A stretch of 64,000 bases of DNA, taken from assembly GCF_947568905.1 (NCBI RefSeq), contig NC_079172.1, positions 55,366,001-55,430,000 of the forward strand. Direction: 5' to 3'. Below the pieces are notes generated by a model, which saw nothing but the letters and a program-made list of their open reading frames with translations, ran no database searches and was not told the DNA's origin. The translations under genes were made by a program, and so were the position numbers. Origin of the DNA: Ostrea edulis. Taxonomy: Eukaryota. Of the stretch, positions 50,601 to 63,650 are shown one piece after another (within the stretch, counting starts at the first letter, position 1; each line of letters opens with the position of its first letter).

Positions 50601-52228
50601 ATCTGAGTGCTGACAATGTCCTGTCGACATCTGAGTGCTGACAATGTCCTGTTGACATCTGAGTGTTGACAATACTCTGCCGACATCTGAGTGTTGACAA
50701 TACTCTGTCGAAATCTGGGTGTTGACAATGTCCTGTCGACATCTGAGTGTTGACAATGTCCTGTCGACATCTGAGTGGTGACCATGTCCTGTCGACATCT
50801 GAGTGCTGACAATGTCCTGTTGACATCTGAGTGCTGACAATACTCTGACGAAATCTTGGTGTTGACAATGTCCTGCCGACATCTGAGTGTTGACAATGTC
50901 CTGTCGACATCTGAGTGTTGACAATGTCCTCCCCACATAATGTCCTGCCGACATCTGAGTGTTGATAATGTCCTGTCAACATCTGAGTGCTGACAATATC
51001 CTGTCGACATTGCAGTGTTGACAATACTCTGCCGACATCTGAGTGTTGACAATACTCTGTCGAAATCTGAGGGTTGACAATGTCCTGTCGACATCTGAGT
51101 GTTGACAATACTCTGTCGAAATCTGAGTGTTGACAATGTCCTGCCGACATCTGAGTGTTGACAATGTCCTGCCGACATCTGAGTGTTGACAATGTCCTGC
51201 CGACATCTGAGAGTTGATAATGTGTTGTCGACATCTGAGTGCTGACAATATCCTGTCGACATTGCAGTGTTGAAAATACTCTGCTGACATCTGAGTGTTG
51301 ACAATACTCTGTCGAAATCTGAGTGTTGACAATGTCTTGTCGACATCTGAGTGTTGACAATGTCCTCCCCACATAATGTCCTGCCGACATCTGAGTATTG
51401 ATAATGTCCTGTCGACATCTGAGTGTTGACAATACTCTGTCGAAATCTGAGTGTTGACAATGTCCTGTCGACATCTGAGTGTTGACAATGTCCTGTCGAC
51501 ATCTGAGTGCTGACAATGTCCTGTCGACATCTGAGTGCTGACAATACCCTGTTAACATCTGAGTGTTGACAATACTCTGTCGACACCTGAATGATGACAA
51601 TACTCTGTCGACATCTGAGTGCTGACAATGTCCTGTCGACATCTGAGTGCTGACAATACTCTGTCGACATCTGAGTGCTGACAATACTCTTTCGACATCT
51701 GAGTGCTGACAATGTCCTGTCGACATCTGAGTGCTGACAATGTCCTGTCGACATTGCAGTGTTGACAATACTCTGGCGACATCTGAGTGTTGACAATGTC
51801 CTGTCGACATCTGAGTGTTGACAATGTACTGTCGACATCTGAGTGTTGACAATGTCCTGTCAACATCTGAGTGCAGACATTGTCCTGTCGACATCTGAGT
51901 GCTGACAATACCTGTTGACATTGCAGTGTTGACAATTGTATGTCGACACCGGAGTGTTGACAATACTCTGTCGACATCTGAGTGTTGACAATACTCTGCC
52001 GACATCTGAGTGTTGACAATGTCCTGTCGACATCTGAGTGCTGACAATGTCTTGTCGACATCTGAGTGTTGACAATACTCTGTCGACATCTGAGTGTTGA
52101 CAATGTCCTGCCGATATCTCAGTGTTGACAATATCGTGTCGACATCTGAGTGCTGACAATGTCCTGTCAACATTGCAGTGTTGACAATACTCTGTCGACA
52201 TCTCAGTGTTGACAATATCGTGTCGATA
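44640..52228. repeat. 7.6-kb 28-bp minisatellite gtcgacatctgagtg(t/c)tgacaat(gtcct/actct)
   Basis: About 270 copies by length, with interspersed 16-bp ccccacataatgtcct units. Confidence 0.98.
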
Positions 52229-54376
52229 TTGTTTCCATGTCAAAACGTTGTCGTTATCGAACTAACACTGTTTACCATCTGCTCTTTCGACATTGGTGAC
52301 CTCAACCTTAACCATAATCTCAACTTAAACCATATCTTGAATCTCAAATTTTGCTTCTCAAACTATGTCCTTCATTCCGCCCCTAACCTAAAAAATAGCC
52401 CCAACATTGGCCCTTACTCTAAACCTTTTACCTTTACTTCCAACATTCCACATCAAACGAAACTGATAATCCTGACGATATCGATGCTCTAAGCTAACTA
52501 TTACCCTAATACTAACATCGATGCCGATAAAGTCTCGTCCCATTTTTTTTAAAAACGGCAAATAATCATTAGTTGGTCCAGCATAGATATGTATCCTAAT
52601 TTGATTACAATAACCCTAACACCCCACCCACCCCCACCCCAATATACTGACCATCATAAAATTTGCCGGTTGATTGTAATGGTGGTTATAAGTTGTTGGT
52701 ATTTCTCAAATAATGTCAATTCATAGAAGGAATTAGTTTTATGCAGCCTCAGTCCCAGACTGGTGTACTGCAGGGTGGGAATCAAACCTCGAAGCCAAGT
52801 AGTAATTCAAAACTTTATTAAGGTATTCAATGTATAATGACCATATTTCATATCTAATAAATGGATGGTGGAATATTTGTAATCATGGTATCATTTTGAA
52901 GGGTTCATCAAATAAACATAATCCACCATAGGAATTTTCAAAATTTTGTTTACTGCTTGATTTATTTCACCTAGAATTTAACATTGAAGTATATAGGAAA
53001 ACCATGTTTTATTACAATATTTTAAAAACAAATTATATTTTCATAATAATCTCTTGGTAGAAAGTTACATACACTTTCTTTTTAAGAAAATATGAAATAA
53101 AATTAATCATTGACCACACACATTTTTAGAAAATTAGATTTTTCTTATTTTTACAAAGGGCAGACAACTCTTCCAAAAAGTCTTAAGTGCACAAAGGTCA
53201 GCTTCTAATCATTTACCAGTCATGTGAATTTCATCTGCTTCACTTTCATCATTATTTAACAATAAACTTTTATGTTGATCTAAATCCTTCAAAATTGTTC
53301 ATTATCCTTTCATTATACATGGAATACCTTAAGGTTATAGCTTCAAAAGAGGTAAAAGACTGAAATCAAATATAAACCACAAATACATTCCTACACAAAA
53401 ATTCCTGATTTAGAAAAACACTTATTACTCATACATTTAGTAATTTCACCCAACTGCCTTTGGTAACAATATGATATGACAGATATAAACAGTATAAAAA
53501 CAGTATAAAAGTTTTATAGAACACGTGCTTGGTATTGCTAAATTATATAAAAAGAATACCATAAATGCATTTAGATCAGTATTCTAATGAAAAATTTAAC
53601 AATGAATGTCTGATATATTTTCAAAGTAAACAATCGTTTAACACCAAACCCGAATTTTCTCGCCGATGTTTCAAGAATCATCGAACATTGGTATTGCTAA
53701 ATTATAAAATATATATACATATATAAATGCATTTAGATCAGTATTCTAATGAAAACTTACATCGGTGTGGCACCTCAAGGGATTGAAAAAGAACAAAATT
53801 TCAGTAAAAGTAGCGCAGAAGGAATATTCGTACCCTCAAGGTCACCCCATTTTAGTATGACCCCGGGTCACCCTATTTTCTACACATTTTACTACGCTAT
53901 AAAAATAGTCCAACATAAAAGTGAAAGTGTAACGTATTTACATTGCATCCCCAAGATACGAGAATGTGATATGAACCTAGCTTATAATAAATGTAATGCA
54001 GTGAAATTTAACTAATTTATTTATAGATAATTATAAGGTAATGTTGTACCTAGAAGGTGACCTCTGATCACCTATTGATTTCAGACATGAAAATTATGTT
54101 ACGGTGGATTATATTTTTTGAGTGTCGAGGTGAAATGCTTAGCTAATCTGAGCCAAAGAATGAAATGAGCTTTTTCAATGATTTGCCTATCCGTTTGTAA
54201 ATTTTCTAATCTACTGGGCATATTTTCACCAAACTTAAGTAAGTGTTGTTCAAATTTATCTTCAGATGGTACATTGGTAATTTGTCTAAATTATATTATG
54301 GTTTGACTTTGTAATTGTTTATTAGAATTGTTGTAAATACAAAATATGACGAATATAAGGCGTGTCTGTAAGATGT

Positions 54377-54540
54377 AAAACTTAATATACGGTACCAATT
54401 TTGATGCACCAGATGCGCATTTCGACAAATAATGTATCTTCAGTGATGCTCAACCGAAATGTTTGAAATCCGAAATAACAATGAAGTTTTAGAGCTATTA
54501 TAGGGAAAAACAGTGTGCCAAAAAATGTTATGTTATGTTA
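54377..54540 (-). mobile_element. 164-bp retroposed insertion (probable solo Penelope-like pLTR fragment) with a 14-bp TSD
   Basis: tgtctgtaagatgt at 54363-54376 and 54541-54554. Contains a hammerhead motif. Confidence 0.8.
54406..54449 (-). ncRNA. Minimal type I hammerhead ribozyme motif
   Basis: Minus strand reads GCAUCA-CUGAAGA-UACA uuauu UGUC-GAAA-UGCGCA-UC-UGGUGC, with an AUC cleavage triplet and palindromic stem III AUGCGCAU. Confidence 0.72.
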
Positions 54541-54730
54541 TGTCTGTAAGATGTTTATAAAAGATAACGGGAAGTATGGATTTCGGACATAGAAGGATAT
54601 TGGTCATGTGGTCATTCTACCTGTTACTTGTCTATGTATTAGAAGTAGAATTATAAAAAAGGGTGACCTAAGGTCATCCATACACTGAGATGTCGGTTAC
54701 CTCAGGACACCTTTCTATCAATTTTTTCAA

Positions 54731-55440
54731 TGGTGACCAGAGGTAACCCTTGTATGACATTTATATCAATGGGTGACCAGACGAAACCCTTATATGACCA
54801 TTACATCAATGGGTGACCAGAGGTAACCTTATATGACATTTACATCATTTGGTGATCAGAGGTAACCCTTATAAGGCATTACATTAATGGGTGACCAGAG
54901 GGAACCCTTTTATGACCATTACATCAATGGATGACCAGACGTAACCCTTATATGACATTTACATCAAAGGGTGGCCAGAGGTAACCTTACATGATATTTA
55001 CATCATTGGATGACAAGAGGTAGCCCTTATTTGGCTTTACATCAATGGGTGACCAGAGGTACATGTAACCCTTGTATGACTATTACATCAATGCGTGACA
55101 AGCGGTAACTCTAATATGACATTTACACCAACGGGTGACCAGAGGAATCCCTTATATGACAGTTATATAAATGGATGACCAGAGGTAACCTTATATGACA
55201 TTTACATCATTGGGTGACCAATGTTACCCATATGTGATTATTTTATATATGATGACTCGTATATGACCATTACATCAATGGGTGACCATTACATCAATAG
55301 GCGACCAGAGGGAACATTTATTTGACCATTATATCAATGGGTGACCAGAGGTAATCCTTATATTACCATTATATCAATGGATGATCAAAATAACCCTTAT
55401 ATGATCATTATATTATAATGGTGACCACGAGTACCTTTGT
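54731..55440. repeat. 40-bp degenerate minisatellite gggtgaccagaggtaacccttatatgacatttacatcaat
   Basis: ggtgaccag at 54732, 54772 and 54812; about 17 copies. Confidence 0.92.
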
Positions 55441-55603
55441 AGAACCATTAATCAACAGGTTGGGAACAATTCCCTTACATTGATATGGTCCCACTAAAGC
55501 ATATTTCTTTGGTTTCATATAATGAAGAAGTTTATTCATCTGTAAGCATTGAAATAAAATAATCACTCCGTCAGGAAAAGAAATATAGATTGATAATGAT
55601 AAT

Positions 55604-57240
55604 AACTAGAGCCAAGCTCGTTGCAAAGCAACGAGAGGTCTTCCGTCGGAGCTGTGTGACATAAAAACCTTAAACTTGACCATATGTCCTTGGGTCAGGT
55701 CCTAATGCAGCCTAGTTAACATGAAAATACAGGAACTGTACATGAGTGTGTGTGGGATCTAACTTTCGCCTTCTTCCCCTCTTGATATGTTATACGTAAC
55801 ATCACCCCGGGAAAAATTATTTGAAATACTTATCCAGTGATTTTACAAAAGACGAATACAAGTTAAGTTTTAGAAAGAAAATAATCAACTGTACTGTGAC
55901 AGGAAGATAAGTACTGTAACGATATAAGTAGTTTGGCTACGCTGGCGATTCTGACTTCTCGGATGTACTTATGAAATAGTTTGAGAATTTAATATATATC
56001 ATTGAAATGAAGCTATAAAGGTGTACTATAAATTTTTATCGTTAGGTGTTTAATAAATTTATACTACTCAAGTACATGCGTATATGATCTCATTCCACGA
56101 ATCAGTCTTTTGAGGCGCGCGTGTATGTGGGATTAAATTCTTTCAGCATTTAACTTTTCAGTCCCAATAATGAACAAAAAATTACTATTTAAATTTATGA
56201 AATTTATGGCTCAGGACATACAATAAAGGTTTATAGCTGTTACCAATATTTTATCATACAACAAAATTATGATAGCATAATATTCAGACTGAAGAGAAAA
56301 ATTCATCGAGTTTGAATTATTTATACAAACAAATCAAATAAATTGCTCTCAAATCTTGAATATTTTATTAAACTTTCATATCTATCTGCGTAAATACATG
56401 TAGGTATATTATGTACACAGTGCACACAGACGTCGCGTATGAATTTCACGCCAGGGGCACGTGCCGAAGTAAGTTATACACATATTTCCCCCCCTTCACC
56501 CACCTAATGATACGGTTACCTGTTTGCGGGTCAAGCTGTTTACTCATATATAACACAATACTCGAGCAAAATATTATGTTTATGAGATCAATAAGATGTT
56601 AAAGAATAACTTTTCCAGCGAAAGCCATATCGAAATATTTACCGTTTTTGAGTTATAAAGCGAAAACTTTGAAGATCCCCAGATCCCTAATTGAAGGGGC
56701 CAGCCCCTTTTTAGGGATATCAAAAGAAAGCTCTTAACATTTTGCACAACTTTTGTTCTACACTTCTTGACAAAATATTTCTAGTTTAAAAGATACAAAG
56801 GAAAATATGTGTAATTTTTTGCTCCTTTAGACGTCCTAATTTTTTAACCCTGTCAACCACCATTTCGAACGCTGTAATCAAAAAACAAAAAACGATGTGT
56901 ACAACTACAATGCTTCTACTTTTCATTTTCAATGCATTTTTGCTCAAGCTTATACAGTCTCGGAGCCTTTGTCTGGAAACCAAAGCCCCTAAAATTTCAT
57001 TCAAAGGAGAATAACTCGTGAACAGAAGGGAATTTCTGAAATGTAGTACATGATTTTAAAATTGTTCTCTAAAGTTTATAAACCCTGAAAATTTGAGCAA
57101 AATCCATCCAGAAATGAGCAAGATATGAAGCTTCAAAGTTAGCGTCTAGGAAAAAGAAGAAGAAAAAAAGAATAATAAGAATAATCTTAACCAGCACAAT
57201 CAGTAGAAGGTCTTCCGTTGTTACGGAAGACCTTAATTAT
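55604..57240 (-). mobile_element. CvA/pearl-like HINE element, reverse orientation, with heterogeneous interior
   Basis: aaggtcttccgttgttacggaagacctt (57207-57234), a (aag)n tract, and at the other end aggtcttccgt plus palindrome ctcgttgcaaagcaacgag (55617-55635). Confidence 0.7.
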
Positions 57241-57332
57241 TAAACATAAGAAAAACACAGAAAAGTGGAAAGATCTATTAAAATAATTAATAACAGAAAG
57301 TAAATTGGAGCATGTCTACCTGCCGAAATATT

Positions 57333-57595
57333 TGTGCTTCGACAACAACGAAGTCATGTAGAAAGTAGGCATATTCACCCTTTTCTAACAAATAAGAGTT
57401 TTTCTTGTACATGTATGTATTACGCGCATTTATTTCGAGATATAAGAATTACTTTCGCGTGATCCTGGGTCCTACTTTAGGGTACGAATTATCCTTCTGC
57501 AAACGTAGCAGCCCCGCTGCATTGACGAAGTCCCGGACATAAAGAGCTAATCCTATATGAACTGAATTGACTTTTCCGGAAAACGCGGCAGCACA
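57333..57595 (-). mobile_element. 3' LTR (263 bp) of a BEL/Pao retrotransposon
   Basis: TGTGCT...AGCACA terminal inverted repeat, immediately after the purine-rich tract GGCGGGGAG (57604-57596) and the integrase tail. Confidence 0.75.
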
Positions 57596-57639
57596 CTCCC
57601 CGCCTGACTTGTTAAAGTCATTTTTCCCATTTGTTGGTT

Positions 57640-58830
57640 TGTAAAGGAGCACCATATCTGAAACTGGTCGAAAATACTCTATGGGACGTCCACACCGTAT
57701 GAGCCTCATTTTACCTTTCGTCCTTTTCCGTCCTCACTCGAAATAGCCTACTCCACTACCCCAGTTGGCCAATCACATCTCTTAATATCAATTTCTCTTA
57801 ACAAGACAACATCTCCTTCTTTAAGGATATCTTTCTTAGCTTTTCATTTCCTTCTTGTTTGAAGACTGCAGAAATTCATCCTTCCAACGTTTCCAAAACT
57901 TCTCCGCTAATACCTGGATATGCTTCCGATTCGCTTTGTACATTTCTCGTGTGTCTAAGTCTTGAAGACGTAGTATTTCATTTCCCCCTTTCTGTGTCAG
58001 CAATACATTTGGAGATAGAATCAATGCACTTTCTGGGTCTGCTGAAATAGGAACAATTGGTCGAGATTTCATGATCATACAAACTTTGCAGAATGTTTAA
58101 GTAAAAGAGCATCTAAAATCCTCCTCGCCACACCTATCATGCGCTCCCAAATCCCTCCAAAATGGAAGGACTGAGGTGGTCAGTGCTCAGCATGTGCTCA
58201 GCAGGAACTTCTGAACAGTAGGATCTTTGACGTTAACAGCATCTGTTTTTGCATTGTCTGTCGAGCCAACAATACTGGTTCCCCTATCTGACCTGTACTT
58301 TATAACCTTTCCACGAATGGAGATAAACCTACGCAATGCATTAATGAAGGACAAAGTTGACATCTGTTCAACGACTTTGATATGCACTACGCGAACTGTT
58401 AGACAAGTGAACATAATAGCCCATCTTTTACTATTTGTACACCCACCACGTGTCCTTTGACGTACAACAATCCCATGTCCAAACGTATCAACTCCTACAT
58501 AAGTAAAGGGTGGTACAGGTTGGAGGCGACACGCAGGAAAGTCCGCCATGATTTGTGTCTGCAACTTCTTACAGGTGACACACTGATGTAATACAGAGAA
58601 TATCAATCCGTTGGTTCCAATTATTAAGAATCCTTCTGCTCGCAATGCTCCTGCTGTAATGTGACGCCCTTGTTGATGGACTCTCATGATCATGTCTAGT
58701 AAGCAAAATTGCAACATGTGACCGCTTTGGTACATATTGATTAGATTTCTCATGTTTCTACTGAGATTTGCTCTTTTCAGTCTTCTACTCTTAATATTCC
58801 TTTCTCATCAAGATAAAGATGAAGGAGAAA
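57640..58830 (-). mobile_element. Decayed BEL/Pao integrase region
   Basis: HQQGRHIT...CVTCKK zinc finger, PPFTYVGVDTFG, RWAIMFTCLTVRVVH, FINALRRFISIRG, RSDRGT, FWKRWKDEFL, RPVSDMVLL. Frameshifts are present. Confidence 0.92.
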
Positions 58831-59399
58831 TATTGAACTGTCGTTGTGGGGTACTGTTTGTGACTACAAAATGATTTTAATCGCTGATTTTATTTATGTG
58901 TCCATTGTGTGATTGTTTTGCAGGCAATGTTGGGTCATGATGTAAGAAAATCTGTAATTGTTATAACCTTCTATCTATTTAGATCAGGATCAAGATATCT
59001 TTAGCATATCATCAATTCTTCATCATTAATTTTAATCAATATTTAGGACGACCAAAACACAACTAGATATGCAGAAATTATACATGTGCAACCAACGCAT
59101 GTACATTACATTGGTGGATCTAGAGCGAGTACGTGGGTTGTAATACACACACTTTTGATTATATATATACATCAAAGTATGGTATTTATATTTTTCCGGG
59201 AACATCAATACTGCATTGATTGTAGGATACAAATCTAAATTAAAATAGTTAGGGAGGGGAGGGTTAAAAATTCCGTAAGTTTATGCCATCCGACATCTAT
59301 TTTCATTGCCAAATCTGTGACAACTGGAGAGGAACTTCTTTCAGTCCCAAGTAAAGTTTTCTGTAGAATACTTCTGAACAGAACAGATATAATGTTTGA

Positions 59400-60549
59400 T
59401 ATGAAATTGAGAGGGGAACAAGCTGGAATCAAGAGAGGAAGGGTGTATAGACCATATTTTTGCCATTCGTAACATAGAACAGTGTATTGAATGACAAATG
59501 CCACTATACATCAGCTTCATAGACTTGAAGAAAGTATTTGACAGTGTGCACAGGGAAATATTGTGAAAATTAGCAAGATCATATGGAATACATGTGAAGA
59601 TATGTAATCTTATCAGAGCAATCTACTCTTTGAATGCAGTGTCATTTTGGAAAAGACAATATGGTATTCATTCAATGTCCAATCGGGATGTATTCTATCA
59701 CCTATTCTCTTTTTAATGGTCATTGATTGGATTCAAATACAAACAACACTTGACAAAAAGAGGAATTCAATGGACCATGTTCAACCACCTAGAAGACCTG
59801 GACTTTGCAGACGACCTTGCAGAAGACTCAGGAAACATCACCCATTTACAGAGAAGACAGATAAACTAAATATTCTTTCCAAACAAACTGGGGTTAACAT
59901 CAGTACCAAGAAGACCAAGATGATGACAATCAATACACCAGCAGAACTTGTCATCTTAAATCTAGAGGAAGTAGATGATTTTACCTACCTGGGAAGTATT
60001 CTCAATAAAGATAACGGAACTAGGAAAGACAAAAGCAAGGCTCAGTAAAGCACGCTAAGCATTTGCTCAACTCAAGTCCATCTGGGAGTCAAACAATTAC
60101 AGTCTGAGGACCAATCTCCAACTTTACAACAGTAACGTCAAATCAGTCCTCCTGTGTGGGTCCGAATGCTGGCCAGCGTCTTATTGACAGTGATATGAGA
60201 AAAGTAGAGGATTTCACAACTGCCTTAGAAAAATAAACCACATATTCTGGTCAAAGAAAATCAGTAACAAAGACCTGCACCAGAAATGCAAAAGTAAGAG
60301 CATTAATTGCATTAGAAATCAAGCAAAGAAAGAATGGGATGGCTCGGACATGTACAGTAATTAGAATGCCTTAGTACAGAACACATAAGATATCCCTCTA
60401 TTGAACACCACCTGGAAAGAGAAAGAGATAGACCACGCACCACCTGGCGAAGAACTGGGACAAGCGCAATTTGTGGCAAAAGACAGAGGTAGATGGCGGC
60501 TTCTTGCTGAAGCCTTATGTCCCATCCGGGACGAAGATAATAAGTAAAG
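59400..60549 (+). mobile_element. 5'-truncated decayed RTE-clade LINE (RT plus 3' end)
   Basis: EQAG, FID..K.FDSVHRE, QSGCILSPILF, LEDLDFADDL, KKTKMM, EEVDDFTYLGS. The 3' end is gccttatgtcccatccgggacgaagataataagtaaagt. Confidence 0.88.
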
Positions 60550-60804
60550 TTGTGCCAAACTCTATCGAAGGCTTTAGATATATCACAGGGTATCTTACAT
60601 TTTACCTAAACAATAATATCATATATTGTAATGTGTTGGTTTGTTGTTGAGTCATCTGCTTGGAATCCAGACTGATATTGTAGGTAATGTTATTGTCTAA
60701 GACATAGTTGTAAAGATGATTGAATATGATTTACCCCGGTAATTTACATATAGCTGATGTGACTGATATTGACCTATACTTATTAGCATCTTGTCCGCTA
60801 CATT

Positions 60805-61600
60805 TATTTTTATGCACCCGTTTTTAGACGGCGATGTTTGTACGTCCGTCTGTCCGTTCGGGGTTTTCTGTTTCTATTTCCATTTCTTTGTTACATATCA
60901 AGCTTTGTGGTTCACTCTAGATCATGTTGCATGTTTTTATCCGTTTCGACTTCTCTTGCGAGAGTTTTGCCCCTTTATTTAAAAAATTATATTATATGGA
61001 GGGTACATACTTTGTCCGGCTCACACCTACAACGATTTTCAAGTTTATGTGAATATTTGTGTGTAAAAAAGATAATAATTTTCTTCCATTTTTGAGAAAA
61101 TTACACGTTGTTGAACCTAGTCAGTTTTGAGGAAATATTACATAGAGTGTTTGTTTGAGTAATGAAGATGTGTATGTTGCAAGGATTTTGATTTTATTCA
61201 ATTTGTGAATTAACTCCTCTCACAGTTTTAAAGCGAGGACCTTTTTAAACAACTTGATATGTAAGTATTGCAAGGATTTCAATTCTAAATCAATTTTCAA
61301 ATTTTCTTCGATGTATGAAATATTTACTCGTTGGACTTGGTTAATTTTGGGGAAATATTTTCCACACAGAATTTGGTTTTACATGATTTGTCCGTGTAAC
61401 AATTAATTACCTTATTCTACAGAGTGTTTTTATGGGTTTTGAAGATGTGCATGTGTCAAGGATTTTGATATTTTTCAAGTTTTGAAAACATTACACGTTG
61501 TTGAACTTAGTCATATTATAAAAAGAGTGGATGGTTTGTCATTTTAACCCCTCGCACAGTTTTAAAGCTAGGGTCTTCTTTATAAACAACTTGATTTTAT
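60805..61600 (+). mobile_element. Degenerate HINE-like element
   Basis: tttttatgcacccg start, (cgtc/tgtc)n tract, and repeated ttacacgttgttgaac.tagtca cores. Confidence 0.5.
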
Positions 61601-63650
61601 AGACAGCCAGTCAATTTGTATCCCGGTTCATTTCCATACTTGGTTTAAACTATATTTATTAAATGAAGCAGTGCATGAAACATACAAACAGATGCAAAAT
61701 GAACAGGATTCGGAAACAAGTGCTAGCACTTATATAAATCCGTCTCTTATTTTACATTAATAAATACGAATCGTATTATGGTTATGGCATAAACATATAT
61801 ATGCGATTCGTCATTTACATGTACATACAAAATAATGATAAAACAATGGTGATGATAATGTGTGATGGGGTTGTGTGAATATTTCAACATCATTTAGAAC
61901 ATATACAAAAGGCAATTATTAGAACGCAAGCGTAAGTATTGCTGATATATCAGGTTTTATAGGGTACAGCAAATCTTTTACTTTGTGTAATAAATTTATG
62001 TACTGATTGAAATATAGTCATGTTTTCAGATACTTATAAGTGTGAATTTCCATACTTACACAATAACGTCTAAATGTGAACTAATAACTCCACAAATATT
62101 TTAAATAATAAATCATCCCATTTCGGTTAAATAATAATCATTAAAATTGGTAAACTCACGACTACGTGGCTTTCATTAGTCTGGCTCGGTCCCCATCCCT
62201 GCCACACGAGCGTAAGGGACAAAACTCGGCTTTTGGAGCATTTTCAATAATCATGAGCTTATTTTACCTATAGATAAAATGTATTGTTTTTTATTTCTAT
62301 TAATCATTCGTATTTATTATAAACGAAGACCGAATACATAACTTGTAAGGAATATTATGAATAGATAAATGTACCAAAAGGGTTCGAATTGACTGGCTAC
62401 CTAACATGGCTACATCAACGAACGAAATCATTTGAAGCTGTGAGTTTTCGGATGTTATTTTGAGGATGTTTTAAATATTAAAATGAGACCGCATTACAAG
62501 AATACAACGATGTGAGGCCTCAACCGTGTGCATTTTTTTTTCTGCGCAGTGAATCGAAGGTTTTTATAAAGGGTGGATCAGTAGCTCTCTGTACCGTCTG
62601 AAAATTTTCTCAGAGAGCTACAGCGCTGCTGCAGCTAGGTGACACCCACATGTTGCATATCAACTTTTTTTCATTCAGCAGTCAGCTACACTTGACATGT
62701 ATCCTAAAATTATTTTACGTATGTAATATCACTTCAAATATTTCCAATTTTTAAGAAAGTTGAACGAGCCTATAGCACCGTGGCCAAACTTCATTTGGAT
62801 CAAACCATTCCTACGCAGGATACAATCGTGTTTTTAACGCAAGAGTACAATAAACTCTTACGGTAATTTACTGTGGAAAGTGTAGATGTCCGTGAGGAGG
62901 GGATAGAAAATGGCCCATAGTTTCATGCACAATTGATTATTTACCATTTTTATTTTATAGGAGAGGAAATTTTATCACATTACAGCGCAATGAGATTTTC
63001 CATTTGAGTTCTAAATTATCATTTATTGACTGCAACACGCCAATGATTTTTTAAGAATATAAGTTGAAGGTTTTTGTTTTATATTTTATTTTATTGAAGA
63101 CATTCAGAAAAGTTTGTGGCAATAGTGCTCAATCTGTCCAAAAGTAAATCGGATTTTCTAATACATGTACATACTGTATTTTCAACATAATTATGATCAA
63201 TTAAGACCCAGTCTGGAGTCTGAACTCTGAACCCAAGGGTCATACTTTTCACATTGCTCATTATAATCGTGCGAAACGTTTTACCTACTTGATTTATATG
63301 AGTAAAGGATATTTTAAAATGCATTGCATTTTTAACACCTGATCAACGAATTCCCACCTTGAAACCTGGAGCCCAGCCTGTAAGTTTGTAAAGGACTCTT
63401 GTGTTATTAACATGCTAGAAAAACTTGCTATCGAGCTTACTTCGAAAATAAAATATGAAAAATGCACAATCCTAGCAGTTTATAAACGACAGAAATACAT
63501 GTACTAAATGACAATCGCTTCATGTCTTCTGGTAAATTCTTACCAACAAACAGTGAATGCGCAGGTTTAAGATTTTCCATTTCACACCGGGATCAACCCG
63601 TAAAGCACGTACAAATTAATGGGATGAAGATCATCTTCGTTTCAATTTAT

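Noticed and set aside
44566-52243. Huge minus-strand ORFs (up to 1320 aa, STQMSTGHCQHSDVDR repeats) as a novel Cys/His-rich protein
   Set aside because: All three frames are open because the 28-bp unit has no stop on that strand. The unit is not a multiple of 3, the ORFs overlap, and there is no unique domain or splice context.
52285-52625. Interstitial telomere (ccctaac-like motifs)
   Set aside because: The motifs are scattered and degenerate, with no true (TTAGGG)n tandem run.
62581-62621. 11-bp stem hairpin gtagctctctg/cagagagctac as a miRNA or element terminus
   Set aside because: It is too short for a pre-miRNA, and no partner terminus, TSD or second copy was seen.
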